Part shown: positions 49,596 to 58,639 of the stretch, one piece after another
How positions within the stretch are numbered: the first letter of the stretch is position 1
Layout: every line of letters starts with the position of its first letter
DNA from: an uncultured Nitrospirota bacterium
GTDB lineage: Bacteria; Nitrospirota; Nitrospiria; JACRHA01
DNA length: 64,000 nucleotides
Assembly: GCA_964481895.1 (NCBI GenBank)
Contig: CAYZUL010000005.1
Coordinates: 942-64,941 of the forward strand
Direction of reading: 5' to 3'
Translations under genes and position numbers: made by a program
Notes under the pieces: model-generated
Database searches by the model: none
What the model was told of the DNA's origin: nothing
The model's input: the letters and a program-made list of their open reading frames with translations, nothing else

Positions 49596-50772
49596 CAGTC
49601 TGATAAAAAAGGCCATCTGCTTAGTGCTTGGCTGCGGTCTATTCCTGTATGGTTTATCTGCAAGAGTAGCAGGTGCGGCAGATATTTGGCAGCAAGGAGA
49701 CTCTTCTCTGAAGCTTACAGGCTACTACAAGAATCTCCTGTTCAGCTCAGAGACGTTCTTTCCTGGAACTGAGCAATTTACAGTCGATCTAAACCGCCTC
49801 AGGTTGAAACTGCAGGGAAGGGCAAGGGACTGGGCGGCCCTGGACATCCAGTATGATCATGAGGCCTTCCTTGGGAGTTTTCTTAAGACGGGTCTGTTCA
49901 ATATACAGAAGAATCAAGAACCAGATACCTATCTTGACCTTGAAAATGCCTACTTAGACCAGAACAGAATCTTTGCGCGCCACCGGCTCTACAGGGGATA
50001 TCTGACAATTTATTCTCCCTATGCCGATCTGACAATAGGGCGTCAGAGGATCGCCTGGGGCACGACCCGCTTCTGGAACCCGACAGACCTGCTAAATCCC
50101 TTTAATCCGATCCAACTTGAGCGTGAGGAGAGAAGCGGGGTAGATGCCATTCTGACCGATGTGAATCTGGGGTCACTGTCAAAGCTGAGCCTGGTATATG
50201 CGCCGCAAGATTCCTGGGAGGAATCGAGTTCTGCGGCCCGCCTGCGAACCAACATTTCAGGTTTTGATCTCTCTGTGATGGGTGGATTGTTCAGGAAAGA
50301 CCAGGTTGTGGGGTTTGATTTTGCAGGGGCGATAAAAGATATAGGTGTTCGGGGTGAGGCTACCTACACCTCAGCAGACTTGGAGGATAATTTTATCAGG
50401 GCTGTCTTAGGCGCCGACTATACCTTACCGAACACATTCTCTATTATGATTGAGTATTATTACAATGGCGAGGGCAAGGCCGATGAGAAAGACTATAATT
50501 TTCAGAGGATCTTCTCAGTGGAACTTCTGAGCCTGGCGCGCCATTACATTGGGATCAGTATCGGATACGACCTTACACCCCTTTTAAGATGGGACAACTA
50601 TGCCATTCTCAATCTCAATGACAAAAGCCTCTTCTTCAGCCCCAACCTTACCTATTCGGTCATTGCTGATCTGGACTTGTCATTGGGCATCCAGATATTT
50701 GAAGGATCTGACAGGAGCGAGTATGGAGCTTTACATAATTTATACTATACCCAGCTACAATGGTTTTTCTGA
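49588..50772 (+). CDS. Outer-membrane beta-barrel protein (alginate-export-like family)
   Basis: 394 aa; signal peptide; motif TIGRQRIAWGTTRFWNPTDLLNP; C-terminal aromatic ...QLQWFF typical of outer-membrane beta-barrels; 8-nt overlap with the permease gene. Confidence 0.55.
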   Translation: MFSSLIKKAICLVLGCGLFLYGLSARVAGAADIWQQGDSSLKLTGYYKNLLFSSETFFPGTEQFTVDLNRLRLKLQGRARDWAALDIQYDHEAFLGSFLKTGLFNIQKNQEPDTYLDLENAYLDQNRIFARHRLYRGYLTIYSPYADLTIGRQRIAWGTTRFWNPTDLLNPFNPIQLEREERSGVDAILTDVNLGSLSKLSLVYAPQDSWEESSSAARLRTNISGFDLSVMGGLFRKDQVVGFDFAGAIKDIGVRGEATYTSADLEDNFIRAVLGADYTLPNTFSIMIEYYYNGEGKADEKDYNFQRIFSVELLSLARHYIGISIGYDLTPLLRWDNYAILNLNDKSLFFSPNLTYSVIADLDLSLGIQIFEGSDRSEYGALHNLYYTQLQWFF

Positions 50773-51031
50773 ATAGAAAGCAGTCATTGCGAGCACCCTA
50801 AGGGTGTGTGGCAATCGCAAAGACAATTTCTATATCGGAATCGGGGATGAAGATTTTGCTGTTTTATTTGACATAGGCAATCAGATATGGTAGTTATACC
50901 ATCATTCTATAATTAGTCTATCCCAATGTTGTTGTGAGGAGAAGGCGAAACTGTTTCGTAAAATGCAATGTGAAATAAGGTTATACTGGTGCTGATCGGA
51001 CATTGAAGTATTCAAAGGGTCAAATAGATAG

Positions 51032-51445
51032 ATGAATAGAAGTGATTTAAAACTACTATCACTCATCAGGCTTAGAGAAGCACGGGTACTATTAAAAAAT
51101 AAAAATTATGAAGGAGCTTATTATCTTTGCGGCTATGTTATTGAATGTGGGCTGAAGGCTTGTATTGCAAAGAAAACTAAGAGATATGATTTTCCAGACA
51201 AAAAAGCTGTCAATGATAGTTACTGTCATAATCTTGCAACACTTGTTAATACAGCCGGTCTTAGCATAGAATTAGATAAAGAAAAGAAAAGCTATTCAAT
51301 ATTTGAAAGTAATTGGAGTACCGTTAAAGACTGGTCACAAGTGAGTCGTTATGAAAAACATACTGAGAAAGAAGCGCAAGATCTTTTTTATGCAATCACA
51401 GATAAAAGACATGGAGTTTTGAAATGGTTAAAGCGGCATTGGTAG
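51032..51445 (+). CDS. HEPN domain protein
   Basis: 137 aa; helical HEPN pattern (REARVLLKNKNYEGAYYLCGYVIECGLKACIAKK...SRYEKH); lies in an AT-rich islet. Confidence 0.55.
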   Translation: MNRSDLKLLSLIRLREARVLLKNKNYEGAYYLCGYVIECGLKACIAKKTKRYDFPDKKAVNDSYCHNLATLVNTAGLSIELDKEKKSYSIFESNWSTVKDWSQVSRYEKHTEKEAQDLFYAITDKRHGVLKWLKRHW

Positions 51446-51490
51446 AATAAGATATACAAGAGCCAGTTCAAGTTCAGGAGGCAGTTCAAA

Positions 51491-51880
51491 ATGTTTGTTA
51501 AAGCTGCATTGGTAAAAGAAGATTTACACGATGGCAAGAGATTAATTGAAGCGTTGGATAAAGCAAACTTTAAAGTCCAAGCCGCGCTATGGTTCTACTT
51601 GGCTGATTCTGATGAATGGCGGCTTTATATTTCTTCCCCATTTGTAGAAAAAGAAGGGCCTAGAAAATCTTATAATTTTATTCAAAAAATCTTGGCAAGG
51701 CTTGCGCCACCTTCTAGTTTCTCTTTAACAGACATTACAGTTCTAAGTCCTTCTAGCAATTTGGTTAAACTAATGAGAGTAGCGGTCCGGACTGGGCCTG
51801 GCATATCGGGCATCCGATTTACTCGAAATGTTATAAATAATACTTTGATAGAGGATGCATATATTTATCGTATTGTGTGA
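51491..51880 (+). CDS. Hypothetical protein, partner of the HEPN gene (no recognisable motif)
   Basis: 129 aa, same strand, 45 nt downstream of the HEPN gene. It lacks the GS..DxD nucleotidyltransferase motif expected of an MNT partner. Confidence 0.4.
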   Translation: MFVKAALVKEDLHDGKRLIEALDKANFKVQAALWFYLADSDEWRLYISSPFVEKEGPRKSYNFIQKILARLAPPSSFSLTDITVLSPSSNLVKLMRVAVRTGPGISGIRFTRNVINNTLIEDAYIYRIV

Positions 51881-52227
51881 ACCATTTTAATGCTACTTTT
51901 CACAACACACGTTTAATGATTGGTCTTGCGTGATCCTTTTATTTAGTGTAAAAATCTTGTCCTGTTATAGTCACCTCACATCTGTCTCTTAAGATATTCT
52001 ATGGCATCCTCTCTCGTAGTCAATATACCTAAGATCTGTTTTTCCCTTAAGTCGGCAAGGGGTAAAGGGAGGGGGTAAAGGGGACGGTTCTCGTTAATTT
52101 ACAAAAGTGACGGGAGAGGATAGATTTTAAGCATGCCTAGCATAAGTAGGGACTATAATTTATAGGGACAGCGACCATTTAAGAAGAATTTCTGCTCACA
52201 ACGGTAGATAGCAGAATCTTAACAACC

Positions 52228-52533
52228 TCATGCAATATCATCTAAATTTCGTGACCCATGAACAACTCGGTGAATTTCGATAATTTTACTGCGGACTATG
52301 TAAAATACAAGGTAGGATTCAATCACGAGGATGCGATAGCCTGAATTTTTAAGCTTGTCATCTTTCGGTACCCGGCCAAGAAACGGGTGGGATTTAAGGC
52401 TGCCAATGTGATGATTGAGTTTATCAATAAAAATTGCGGCATTGGCCGGACTGACATTTCCAATCCAGTCTAAGATCGAGACAAGATCGTCAACGGCAAC
52501 AGGAAGGTAACGAAGGGTGTATCTATTAGCCAT
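52228..52533 (-). CDS. parE: ParE/RelE-family type II toxin
   Basis: 101 aa; ParE-like pattern (...YRILVIESYLVFYIVRSKIIEIHRVVHGSRNL); 8-nt overlap with the upstream antitoxin gene. Confidence 0.7.
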   Translation of the reverse strand: MANRYTLRYLPVAVDDLVSILDWIGNVSPANAAIFIDKLNHHIGSLKSHPFLGRVPKDDKLKNSGYRILVIESYLVFYIVRSKIIEIHRVVHGSRNLDDIA

Positions 52534-52792
52534 GCAAGTGTTGCATGAGTTTTTTCATCACTTGCGAATGGGTAAGCCCTTTTTCTCCGCTGGCGGCCTG
52601 GGCCTGAGCAACAGCGAGTTTTTCGAAAAGCTCGACCCTTGCCTTTAGCCTTTCATAGTGTTCGATGCTCATTACAACAAGGTCGCCCTCGCCATTAGTT
52701 GTCAGATAAACAGGTTCATCCTGTTCATGGCACAATGAGGCAATATCTCTTGTTTTATTACGAAGACTTGAGATAGGTTTTATTATCGGCAT
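52526..52792 (-). CDS. phd: Phd/YefM-family type II antitoxin
   Basis: 88 aa; Phd/YefM N-terminal fold pattern (IIKPISSLRNKTRDIASLCHEQDEPVYLTTNGEGDLVVMSIEHYERL). Confidence 0.7.
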   Translation of the reverse strand: MPIIKPISSLRNKTRDIASLCHEQDEPVYLTTNGEGDLVVMSIEHYERLKARVELFEKLAVAQAQAASGEKGLTHSQVMKKLMQHLHG

Positions 52793-52981
52793 AGGTTCTC
52801 CTCTAAATGGATAGTATAGAGATAAATTATCACCTAATTATGATAAAATCAAGAACGAATTATGTGACACATTTTCAGGCGACCGGGTGCGTATAAAAAA
52901 TCAGGCAATTTATTTTTCCGGGTGATATACTATTTTAAGGAAAAAGGATTGAGTCGATAGGTAGCTTCTACAGTCACGACC

Positions 52982-53047
52982 TTAAGCTTCTTACCATTAA
53001 TTGTAAACTCAGTCCTATTGAAGTGGTTAAGGTTTCCTGCTTGTTGA
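52982..53047 (+). pseudogene. Remnant of a copA-like P-type ATPase 3' end
   Basis: 52998-53040 aligns at about 80% with the last 43 nt of copA coding sequence (39488-39531), and the same frame reads ...LSFLPLIVNSVLLKWLRFPAC* versus copA ...[20 protein letters not shown]. There is no upstream coding continuity. Confidence 0.5.
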
Positions 53048-53069
53048 ACACAGATATTTTGAGGAGATC

Positions 53070-54428
53070 ATGATGGAGATCGCTTTTCTTGGTGCAACAG
53101 GTACTGTGACAGGGTCGAAGTATTTACTTGCAATTGGATCTAAGAAGATATTGGTGGACTGCGGCTTGTTTCAGGGATTCAAACAGTTGAGGCTGAGAAA
53201 CTGGGCGCCGCTTCCAGTCGACACGACGGAAATTGACGCAGTCATACTGACACATGCACATCTGGATCATAGTGGTTATCTGCCTCTCCTGGTCAAGGAC
53301 GGCTTCGCAGGCAAGGTGTATTGCAGTCATTCCACACGCGACCTCTGCGCAATCCTGCTGCCGGACAGCGGGCACCTCCAGGAAGAAGAGGCAGAATATG
53401 CCAACAGACATAAATATTCCAAACATGCCCCTGCGCTTCCCCTTTATACCAAAGCGGATGCCGAACATGCGCTGCGCCAACTTTTACCGGTTGATTTTGA
53501 GACCGACATTGATCTGGGTGGAGACGTGACCCTGCGATTCTTACCCGCCGGACATATCCTTGGTTCGTCCTTTGTTTTACTGAGGAATGCCGGTACTGCC
53601 ATTCTTTTTTCCGGAGACCTAGGCCGCCCAAAAGATCTCATTATGAGTGCCCCGGCCTCAATCCATAGGGTGGATTATCTGGTTGTCGAGTCCACCTATG
53701 GAAACCGCCGCCACGACCCTTCAGATTCAAAGGCGGCCCTGGCTGTAATCATCAACCGTACGGTTGAACGTGGCGGGATAATTGTAATACCCGCTTTTGC
53801 CGTCGGTCGCGCCCAGGCGCTCCTTTTTCTTATTTACCGGCTCAAGATTGAAGGTGCTATCCCAGACATTCCGGTCTTTCTTAACAGCCCTATGGCGGCC
53901 GAAGCAACCTATCTTTACTGCAACCATCGGAGCGAACATAGGCTTACCGCCGATGAGTGCCGGGCAATGTGCCGCGCCGCGCATATGATCAACAGCGCGG
54001 AGGAATCCAAAAAGGTCAACAGACTCAGAGATCCAATGATCTTGATCTCGGCAAGCGGTATGGCAACAGGGGGACGCGTACTGCACCATCTCAAGGCCTT
54101 TGCCCCCGATCCGCGCAACACCGTCCTCTTTGTTGGCTTTCAGGCCGGCGGAACCCGGGGCGCAGCCATGGTAAATGGCGTTAAAACGATCAAGATCCAT
54201 GGGGAATACATTCCCGTGCATGCAGAGGTAGCGGTCATGGAAAATCTCTCTGCCCACGCGGACTATACCGAGATAATGGATTGGTTGAGCCATTTCGACT
54301 CACCGCCAACGAAAACTTTTATCACCCATGGCGAGCCTGCTGCTGCTGATGCGCTGAGGCACCGGATTGAGGAGAAGCTGGGTTGGCGCTGCCTTGTTCC
54401 TGAATACCTGGAAAGGGTTTCACTTTAG
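53070..54428 (+). CDS. MBL-fold beta-CASP family RNA-metabolising hydrolase
   Basis: 452 aa; metallo-beta-lactamase motif ILTHAHLDHSGYLP, beta-CASP motifs and a C-terminal RNA-specificity region; GC is higher than in the flanking islet. Confidence 0.8.
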   Translation: MMEIAFLGATGTVTGSKYLLAIGSKKILVDCGLFQGFKQLRLRNWAPLPVDTTEIDAVILTHAHLDHSGYLPLLVKDGFAGKVYCSHSTRDLCAILLPDSGHLQEEEAEYANRHKYSKHAPALPLYTKADAEHALRQLLPVDFETDIDLGGDVTLRFLPAGHILGSSFVLLRNAGTAILFSGDLGRPKDLIMSAPASIHRVDYLVVESTYGNRRHDPSDSKAALAVIINRTVERGGIIVIPAFAVGRAQALLFLIYRLKIEGAIPDIPVFLNSPMAAEATYLYCNHRSEHRLTADECRAMCRAAHMINSAEESKKVNRLRDPMILISASGMATGGRVLHHLKAFAPDPRNTVLFVGFQAGGTRGAAMVNGVKTIKIHGEYIPVHAEVAVMENLSAHADYTEIMDWLSHFDSPPTKTFITHGEPAAADALRHRIEEKLGWRCLVPEYLERVSL

Positions 54429-54451
54429 CGGTTAATGCACGCGTAATGATG

Positions 54452-54515
54452 TTCGAGGCTGCTGAGCCGGAAAAAAGATAAATCGGAAAGAGAGGATGAA
54501 CTATGGTAAAATCCG
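54452..54515 (+). repeat. 64-nt conserved leader element, copy B (upstream of ftsH-B)
   Basis: 60/64 identical to 32137-32200. Confidence 0.6.
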
Positions 54516-54554
54516 CTCAAGAGATCCGGCTGGGAAAGAGGGCAGAATAGAAAG

Positions 54555-56435
54555 ATGGAAAAGAAACAGAAGGAGTTTTCGCTCTGGTACTTCGTAATCG
54601 CCTTCCTGATCCTGATAGCCATTGAGAATTTTCTGTTGTCCTCCCACCTTGAAAACCTCTCTTATAGCGATTTTAAGGTACTATTAAAGGCAGGAAAGGT
54701 GGAGGATCTAACCATTAGAGAAAAGGTTATATCGGGAAAGCTGAAGAAGGAGGAGCTAGAGGGGCTCCTCCCTAAAGAGAAGGTAGAGGAACTTCAAAGA
54801 CTCGGTAAAGGGGAGTATCACTTTATTTCGGTCCGGGTGGATGACCCTTCGTTAATACAGGAGTTGGAGGCAGCGAAGGTGCGCTTTGCCGGTCAGGTGG
54901 AGAGCACCTGGTTCGGGAGCCTCATGTCGTGGGTTTTGCCCGCAGTAATCTTCTTTGCCCTCTGGATCTTTTTTATGAAACGGATGGGTGCGGCAAGCGG
55001 TATTATGGAAATTGGCAAGAGTAAGGCCAAGGTATATATGGAAAAGCAGACAGGGGTGTCCTTTGATGATGTTGCTGGGGTGGATGAGGCGAGAGCTGAG
55101 TTGATGGAGGTGGTGGAATTCCTGAAGAACCCTCAGCGCTATCGACGCCTGGGCGGGAAGATCCCGAAAGGGGTCCTCCTGGTAGGTGCACCTGGGACAG
55201 GGAAGACCCTCATGGCCAAGGCAGTGGCCGGAGAAGCGGGGGTTCCCTTCTTTAGCATAAGCGGGTCGGAATTTGTAGAGATGTTCGTAGGCGTTGGTGC
55301 GGCGCGGGTACGGGACCTTTTCGCCCAGGCCGAAGGAAAGGCCCCTTGCATCATATTTATTGATGAGCTTGATGCCCTAGGCAAGGTGCGCGGATTTAAT
55401 CCAGTTGGCGGGCATGATGAGCGGGAGCAGACATTAAACCAGCTATTGGTAGAGATGGATGGGTTTGATACAAACAAGGGGGTCATCATAATGGCTGCAA
55501 CCAACAGGCCGGAGATCCTGGACCCGGCCCTGCTCCGGCCCGGGCGATTTGACCGGCACGTTGCCCTTGACAGGCCGGATCTAAAAGGAAGGGAAAAGAT
55601 CCTCCATGTCCATAGTAAAGCCGTTAAGCTATCGCCAAAAGTCGATCTCTCTGTCATTGCCGCCAGGACCCCGGGGTTTGTAGGGGCGGATCTTGCCAAC
55701 CTTGTCAATGAGGCCGCATTGTTAGCTGCCCGCAAAGGTAAGGATGCAGTAGAGATGGTTGATTTCGATGACGCGATAGACCGGATCATTGCAGGACTAG
55801 AGAAAAAGACGCGGGTGATGAATCCGAAGGAGAAGGAGACCGTTGCCTATCACGAGGCTGGTCATGCCATAATTGCCGAATCCCGTCCGCACGTAGACCG
55901 GGTTTCAAAGATCTCCATCATTCCCCGTGGTGTTGCCGCATTGGGGTATACACAGCAGCTTCCCACGGAGGACAGATATCTTCTTAAGAGGACAGAACTG
56001 CTTGATCGGCTCGATGTGCTTCTTGGAGGCAGGGTGGCCGAGGAGATTGTTTTCGGTGATGTCTCTACCGGGGGCCAGAATGACCTCCAGCGGGCCACAG
56101 ACTCGGCGCGCCATATGGTAACACAGTATGGGATGAGCGAGCGCCTTGGCTTGGCCACATTTGAAGAGCCGCGCACCTCTCCCTTTTTAAATATCCCTAT
56201 GCCCCAGGGCCAGAGGGAATACAGTGAAAGGACAGCCCAGGCTATCGATGAAGAGATCCAAAAGCTCTTAAAGGAATCCCACGCCCGTGTCAAGGAGACA
56301 TTGATCTCAAAACGCTCCATACTGGAATCCCTGGCAAAGCTCCTCCTTGAAAAGGAGGTGATTGACCGTGCGACGCTTGACCATCTGCTGGAGACACAGA
56401 GGAATGCTGTCGTGATAACAAAAAAAGGAGTCTAA
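54555..56435 (+). CDS. ftsH: ATP-dependent zinc metalloprotease FtsH, paralog B
   Basis: 626 aa; same motifs as paralog A; the central 1,219 bp are identical to paralog A, while the N- and C-terminal regions are diverged. Confidence 0.9.
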   Translation: MEKKQKEFSLWYFVIAFLILIAIENFLLSSHLENLSYSDFKVLLKAGKVEDLTIREKVISGKLKKEELEGLLPKEKVEELQRLGKGEYHFISVRVDDPSLIQELEAAKVRFAGQVESTWFGSLMSWVLPAVIFFALWIFFMKRMGAASGIMEIGKSKAKVYMEKQTGVSFDDVAGVDEARAELMEVVEFLKNPQRYRRLGGKIPKGVLLVGAPGTGKTLMAKAVAGEAGVPFFSISGSEFVEMFVGVGAARVRDLFAQAEGKAPCIIFIDELDALGKVRGFNPVGGHDEREQTLNQLLVEMDGFDTNKGVIIMAATNRPEILDPALLRPGRFDRHVALDRPDLKGREKILHVHSKAVKLSPKVDLSVIAARTPGFVGADLANLVNEAALLAARKGKDAVEMVDFDDAIDRIIAGLEKKTRVMNPKEKETVAYHEAGHAIIAESRPHVDRVSKISIIPRGVAALGYTQQLPTEDRYLLKRTELLDRLDVLLGGRVAEEIVFGDVSTGGQNDLQRATDSARHMVTQYGMSERLGLATFEEPRTSPFLNIPMPQGQREYSERTAQAIDEEIQKLLKESHARVKETLISKRSILESLAKLLLEKEVIDRATLDHLLETQRNAVVITKKGV

Positions 56436-56453
56436 GGAGAGGAAGGAGATAAG

Positions 56454-56906
56454 ATGAAGGAACAAAAAAGAAAGTTTTTGCCGATCAAGAAGATCCTTGT
56501 GCCGACTGATTTTACAGTCTATTCAGATCATGCAATTGAATATGCAATTATGGTTGCCAGGAAATTCGAGGCAAAAATCCTGCTTATCCATGTAATCGAA
56601 CCGTTTGCTTATAGCGTAACTGATACAGTCCAAATAATTGATCATTATACGGCATTAAAGACAGTGGCACGGCCTATCCTGGACAACCTGCAAAAGAGGT
56701 TGTTAAAAAAAGGCATTAAGGTAGACTGTACCCTTCTCGATGGGAATCCCTATCTTGAGATAGTCGAGAAATCCCGTCAGGCAGGTGCGGATCTGATTAT
56801 CATGGGGACCCATGGCCGTACGGGCATCGATCATATCCTTATGGGGAGTGTGGCTGAGCGGGTTGTACGCCTGGCGCCATGCCCTGTATTAACAGTAAGG
56901 GGCTGA
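56454..56906 (+). CDS. uspA: Universal stress protein (UspA family), paralog B
   Basis: 150 aa; about 80% identical to the uspA at 32262. Confidence 0.8.
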   Translation: MKEQKRKFLPIKKILVPTDFTVYSDHAIEYAIMVARKFEAKILLIHVIEPFAYSVTDTVQIIDHYTALKTVARPILDNLQKRLLKKGIKVDCTLLDGNPYLEIVEKSRQAGADLIIMGTHGRTGIDHILMGSVAERVVRLAPCPVLTVRG

Positions 56907-56987
56907 TGCCCCCAATGTCTGCGGAACATCGCAGGTATTTTGTATTGCATTTTCTAATAAATTACAAACTCATACTGCAAGGGAGGA

Positions 56988-57326
56988 GTGATAAGCATGA
57001 AGAGATCAATCATGTTTTGTTTTATGGGAATAGTCCTTATTGGCATGGCAGAATGCACGTTAGTGCTTGCCGCAGGACCTGAGACTGAAAAGGGAAAGAT
57101 GTTATACGAAGGGAAAAAATGTGGTCTTTGCCATGCCATTAATGGAAAGGGCGGCAAGAAAGGTACTGATCTATCTGATACTGGTAACAAAAGGGACGCG
57201 GGATGGCTGATGAAGTACTTGAAAGATCCAAAAGGGACCTTGCCTGGCGCTAAGATGATGCCTGTTAAGGCCTCTCCGGAAGAACTATCGGCGCTTATTG
57301 ATTACATGTTATCGCTTAAGAAATAG
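56988..57326 (+). CDS. Periplasmic monoheme cytochrome c (class I)
   Basis: 112 aa; signal peptide, CGLCH heme-binding motif, distal Met candidates (KMMPVK). Confidence 0.75.
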   Translation: MISMKRSIMFCFMGIVLIGMAECTLVLAAGPETEKGKMLYEGKKCGLCHAINGKGGKKGTDLSDTGNKRDAGWLMKYLKDPKGTLPGAKMMPVKASPEELSALIDYMLSLKK

Positions 57327-57375
57327 GAGAGACTTACCGATTTATATAAAAGACACTATAGAGCGGAGGTTACAA

Positions 57376-58596
57376 ATGGACGTACGATTTCTTTCCAAGG
57401 GTTTATTATGGTTTTATGTGTTCATTTTTATTTCCATATTTTTTGAGGCCTTATATCCCGCCAAGGCCCATGCCATTCCGGCCTTTACCAGAAAATATAA
57501 TGCAGACTGCTCTATGTGCCACTATCCAAATCCACCCAGACTTAATTCCTTTGGACAGGAATTTCGCCGGGCAGGCTTCAGGACACCGGATGAATTCAAT
57601 AAAGATCAGGACATTTCCAAGGTCGGGGACTTCTTGTCTGTTCGTGGCAGGGCCCGCTATGAATATGTAAACCCTGAAGGAAAGCCCGTCGAGAGCCAGT
57701 TTAAATGGAATGACACTACATTCTTTTATGCAGGGGCCTTGACCAAAAATCTAACCTCTTTTACTGAATTAGAAGTTGCGCCAGAAGGAAAGGAAACTGA
57801 GGTGGAGTTGGTGGCCTCCATCGGAGGGGTCTTCGGACAGCCGGATCATTACTCTACTTTCAGAGTGGGACAGTTCCATGCTTTGACACGGGTAGGTTTT
57901 GGGGGGTTCGATCGGCCAACAGGGATCAGCACGGCCTCTGCCCTCTCTTCAGATCTCACCACAGGAGGTGTCCCTTTTAAGATCAACACAGACCAGAGGG
58001 GACTGGAATTAACCCATGTCTTCAAAAAATCCAGGATGATCGCCCAGATCCTAAATGGAATAGATGAGGGGGGGAAGGGGACGGTGGATGACACCAATAC
58101 TGCCAAGGATTATTCCATTGCCTATGAAAGGATCTTAGATGACCTGGCATCAGGCTTTACCATCTATGGTTACTGGGGTAGCTGGTTTAATAACGATGAC
58201 CCAGCACTAGGCCAGAGGGCCGGGTTTGCACGGTATGCATTAACGGGAAACAAGATCTTCCCTGGTATCCTCGCCGGAAATTTTGAGGTAATGGCAGGTT
58301 ATGTGCGAAGCCAGGATGCTGCGCCTTCTTCACTCGGCGGGAATGTCCAGGGCAATGCCTTCTTTGTGGAAATCGAGGATTATTTTGAGCCTCATAATTT
58401 TACTCTCCTTGTCAGATACGATTTCATTGATCCCGAAGATGATACCGGAAATGACAGGAAGGAGAAATGGACTATAGGTTATGTCCGGACATTTCAAAGT
58501 TACTTGAGGCTGGCAGTGGAGGCAAATACATCACGAGACGACAAAAAAGATACAACTGATTACGGCGTAACAGGGGAGCTTATGATTAACTTTTGA
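57376..58596 (+). CDS. Cyc2-like fused monoheme cytochrome c / outer-membrane porin
   Basis: Start set at the ATG at 57376, which has a GGAGG RBS at 6-nt spacing; the track start at 57298 overlaps the upstream gene. Signal peptide ...PAKAHA, then a CxxCH (ADCSMCH) about 15 aa into the mature protein. The remaining ~370 aa show an amphipathic beta-strand pattern and end ...GELMINF. Confidence 0.6.
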   Translation: MDVRFLSKGLLWFYVFIFISIFFEALYPAKAHAIPAFTRKYNADCSMCHYPNPPRLNSFGQEFRRAGFRTPDEFNKDQDISKVGDFLSVRGRARYEYVNPEGKPVESQFKWNDTTFFYAGALTKNLTSFTELEVAPEGKETEVELVASIGGVFGQPDHYSTFRVGQFHALTRVGFGGFDRPTGISTASALSSDLTTGGVPFKINTDQRGLELTHVFKKSRMIAQILNGIDEGGKGTVDDTNTAKDYSIAYERILDDLASGFTIYGYWGSWFNNDDPALGQRAGFARYALTGNKIFPGILAGNFEVMAGYVRSQDAAPSSLGGNVQGNAFFVEIEDYFEPHNFTLLVRYDFIDPEDDTGNDRKEKWTIGYVRTFQSYLRLAVEANTSRDDKKDTTDYGVTGELMINF

Positions 58597-58639
58597 CAGA
58601 AGTTAGCGTTCGTCCACTTATGAAAGTTCGGAGGGAGGC

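Noticed and set aside
50776-50830. Possible intrinsic terminator after the outer-membrane barrel gene
   Set aside because: An imperfect hairpin (gagcaccc-taag-ggtgtg) is present, but no downstream T-tract, so it is not convincing as a rho-independent terminator.
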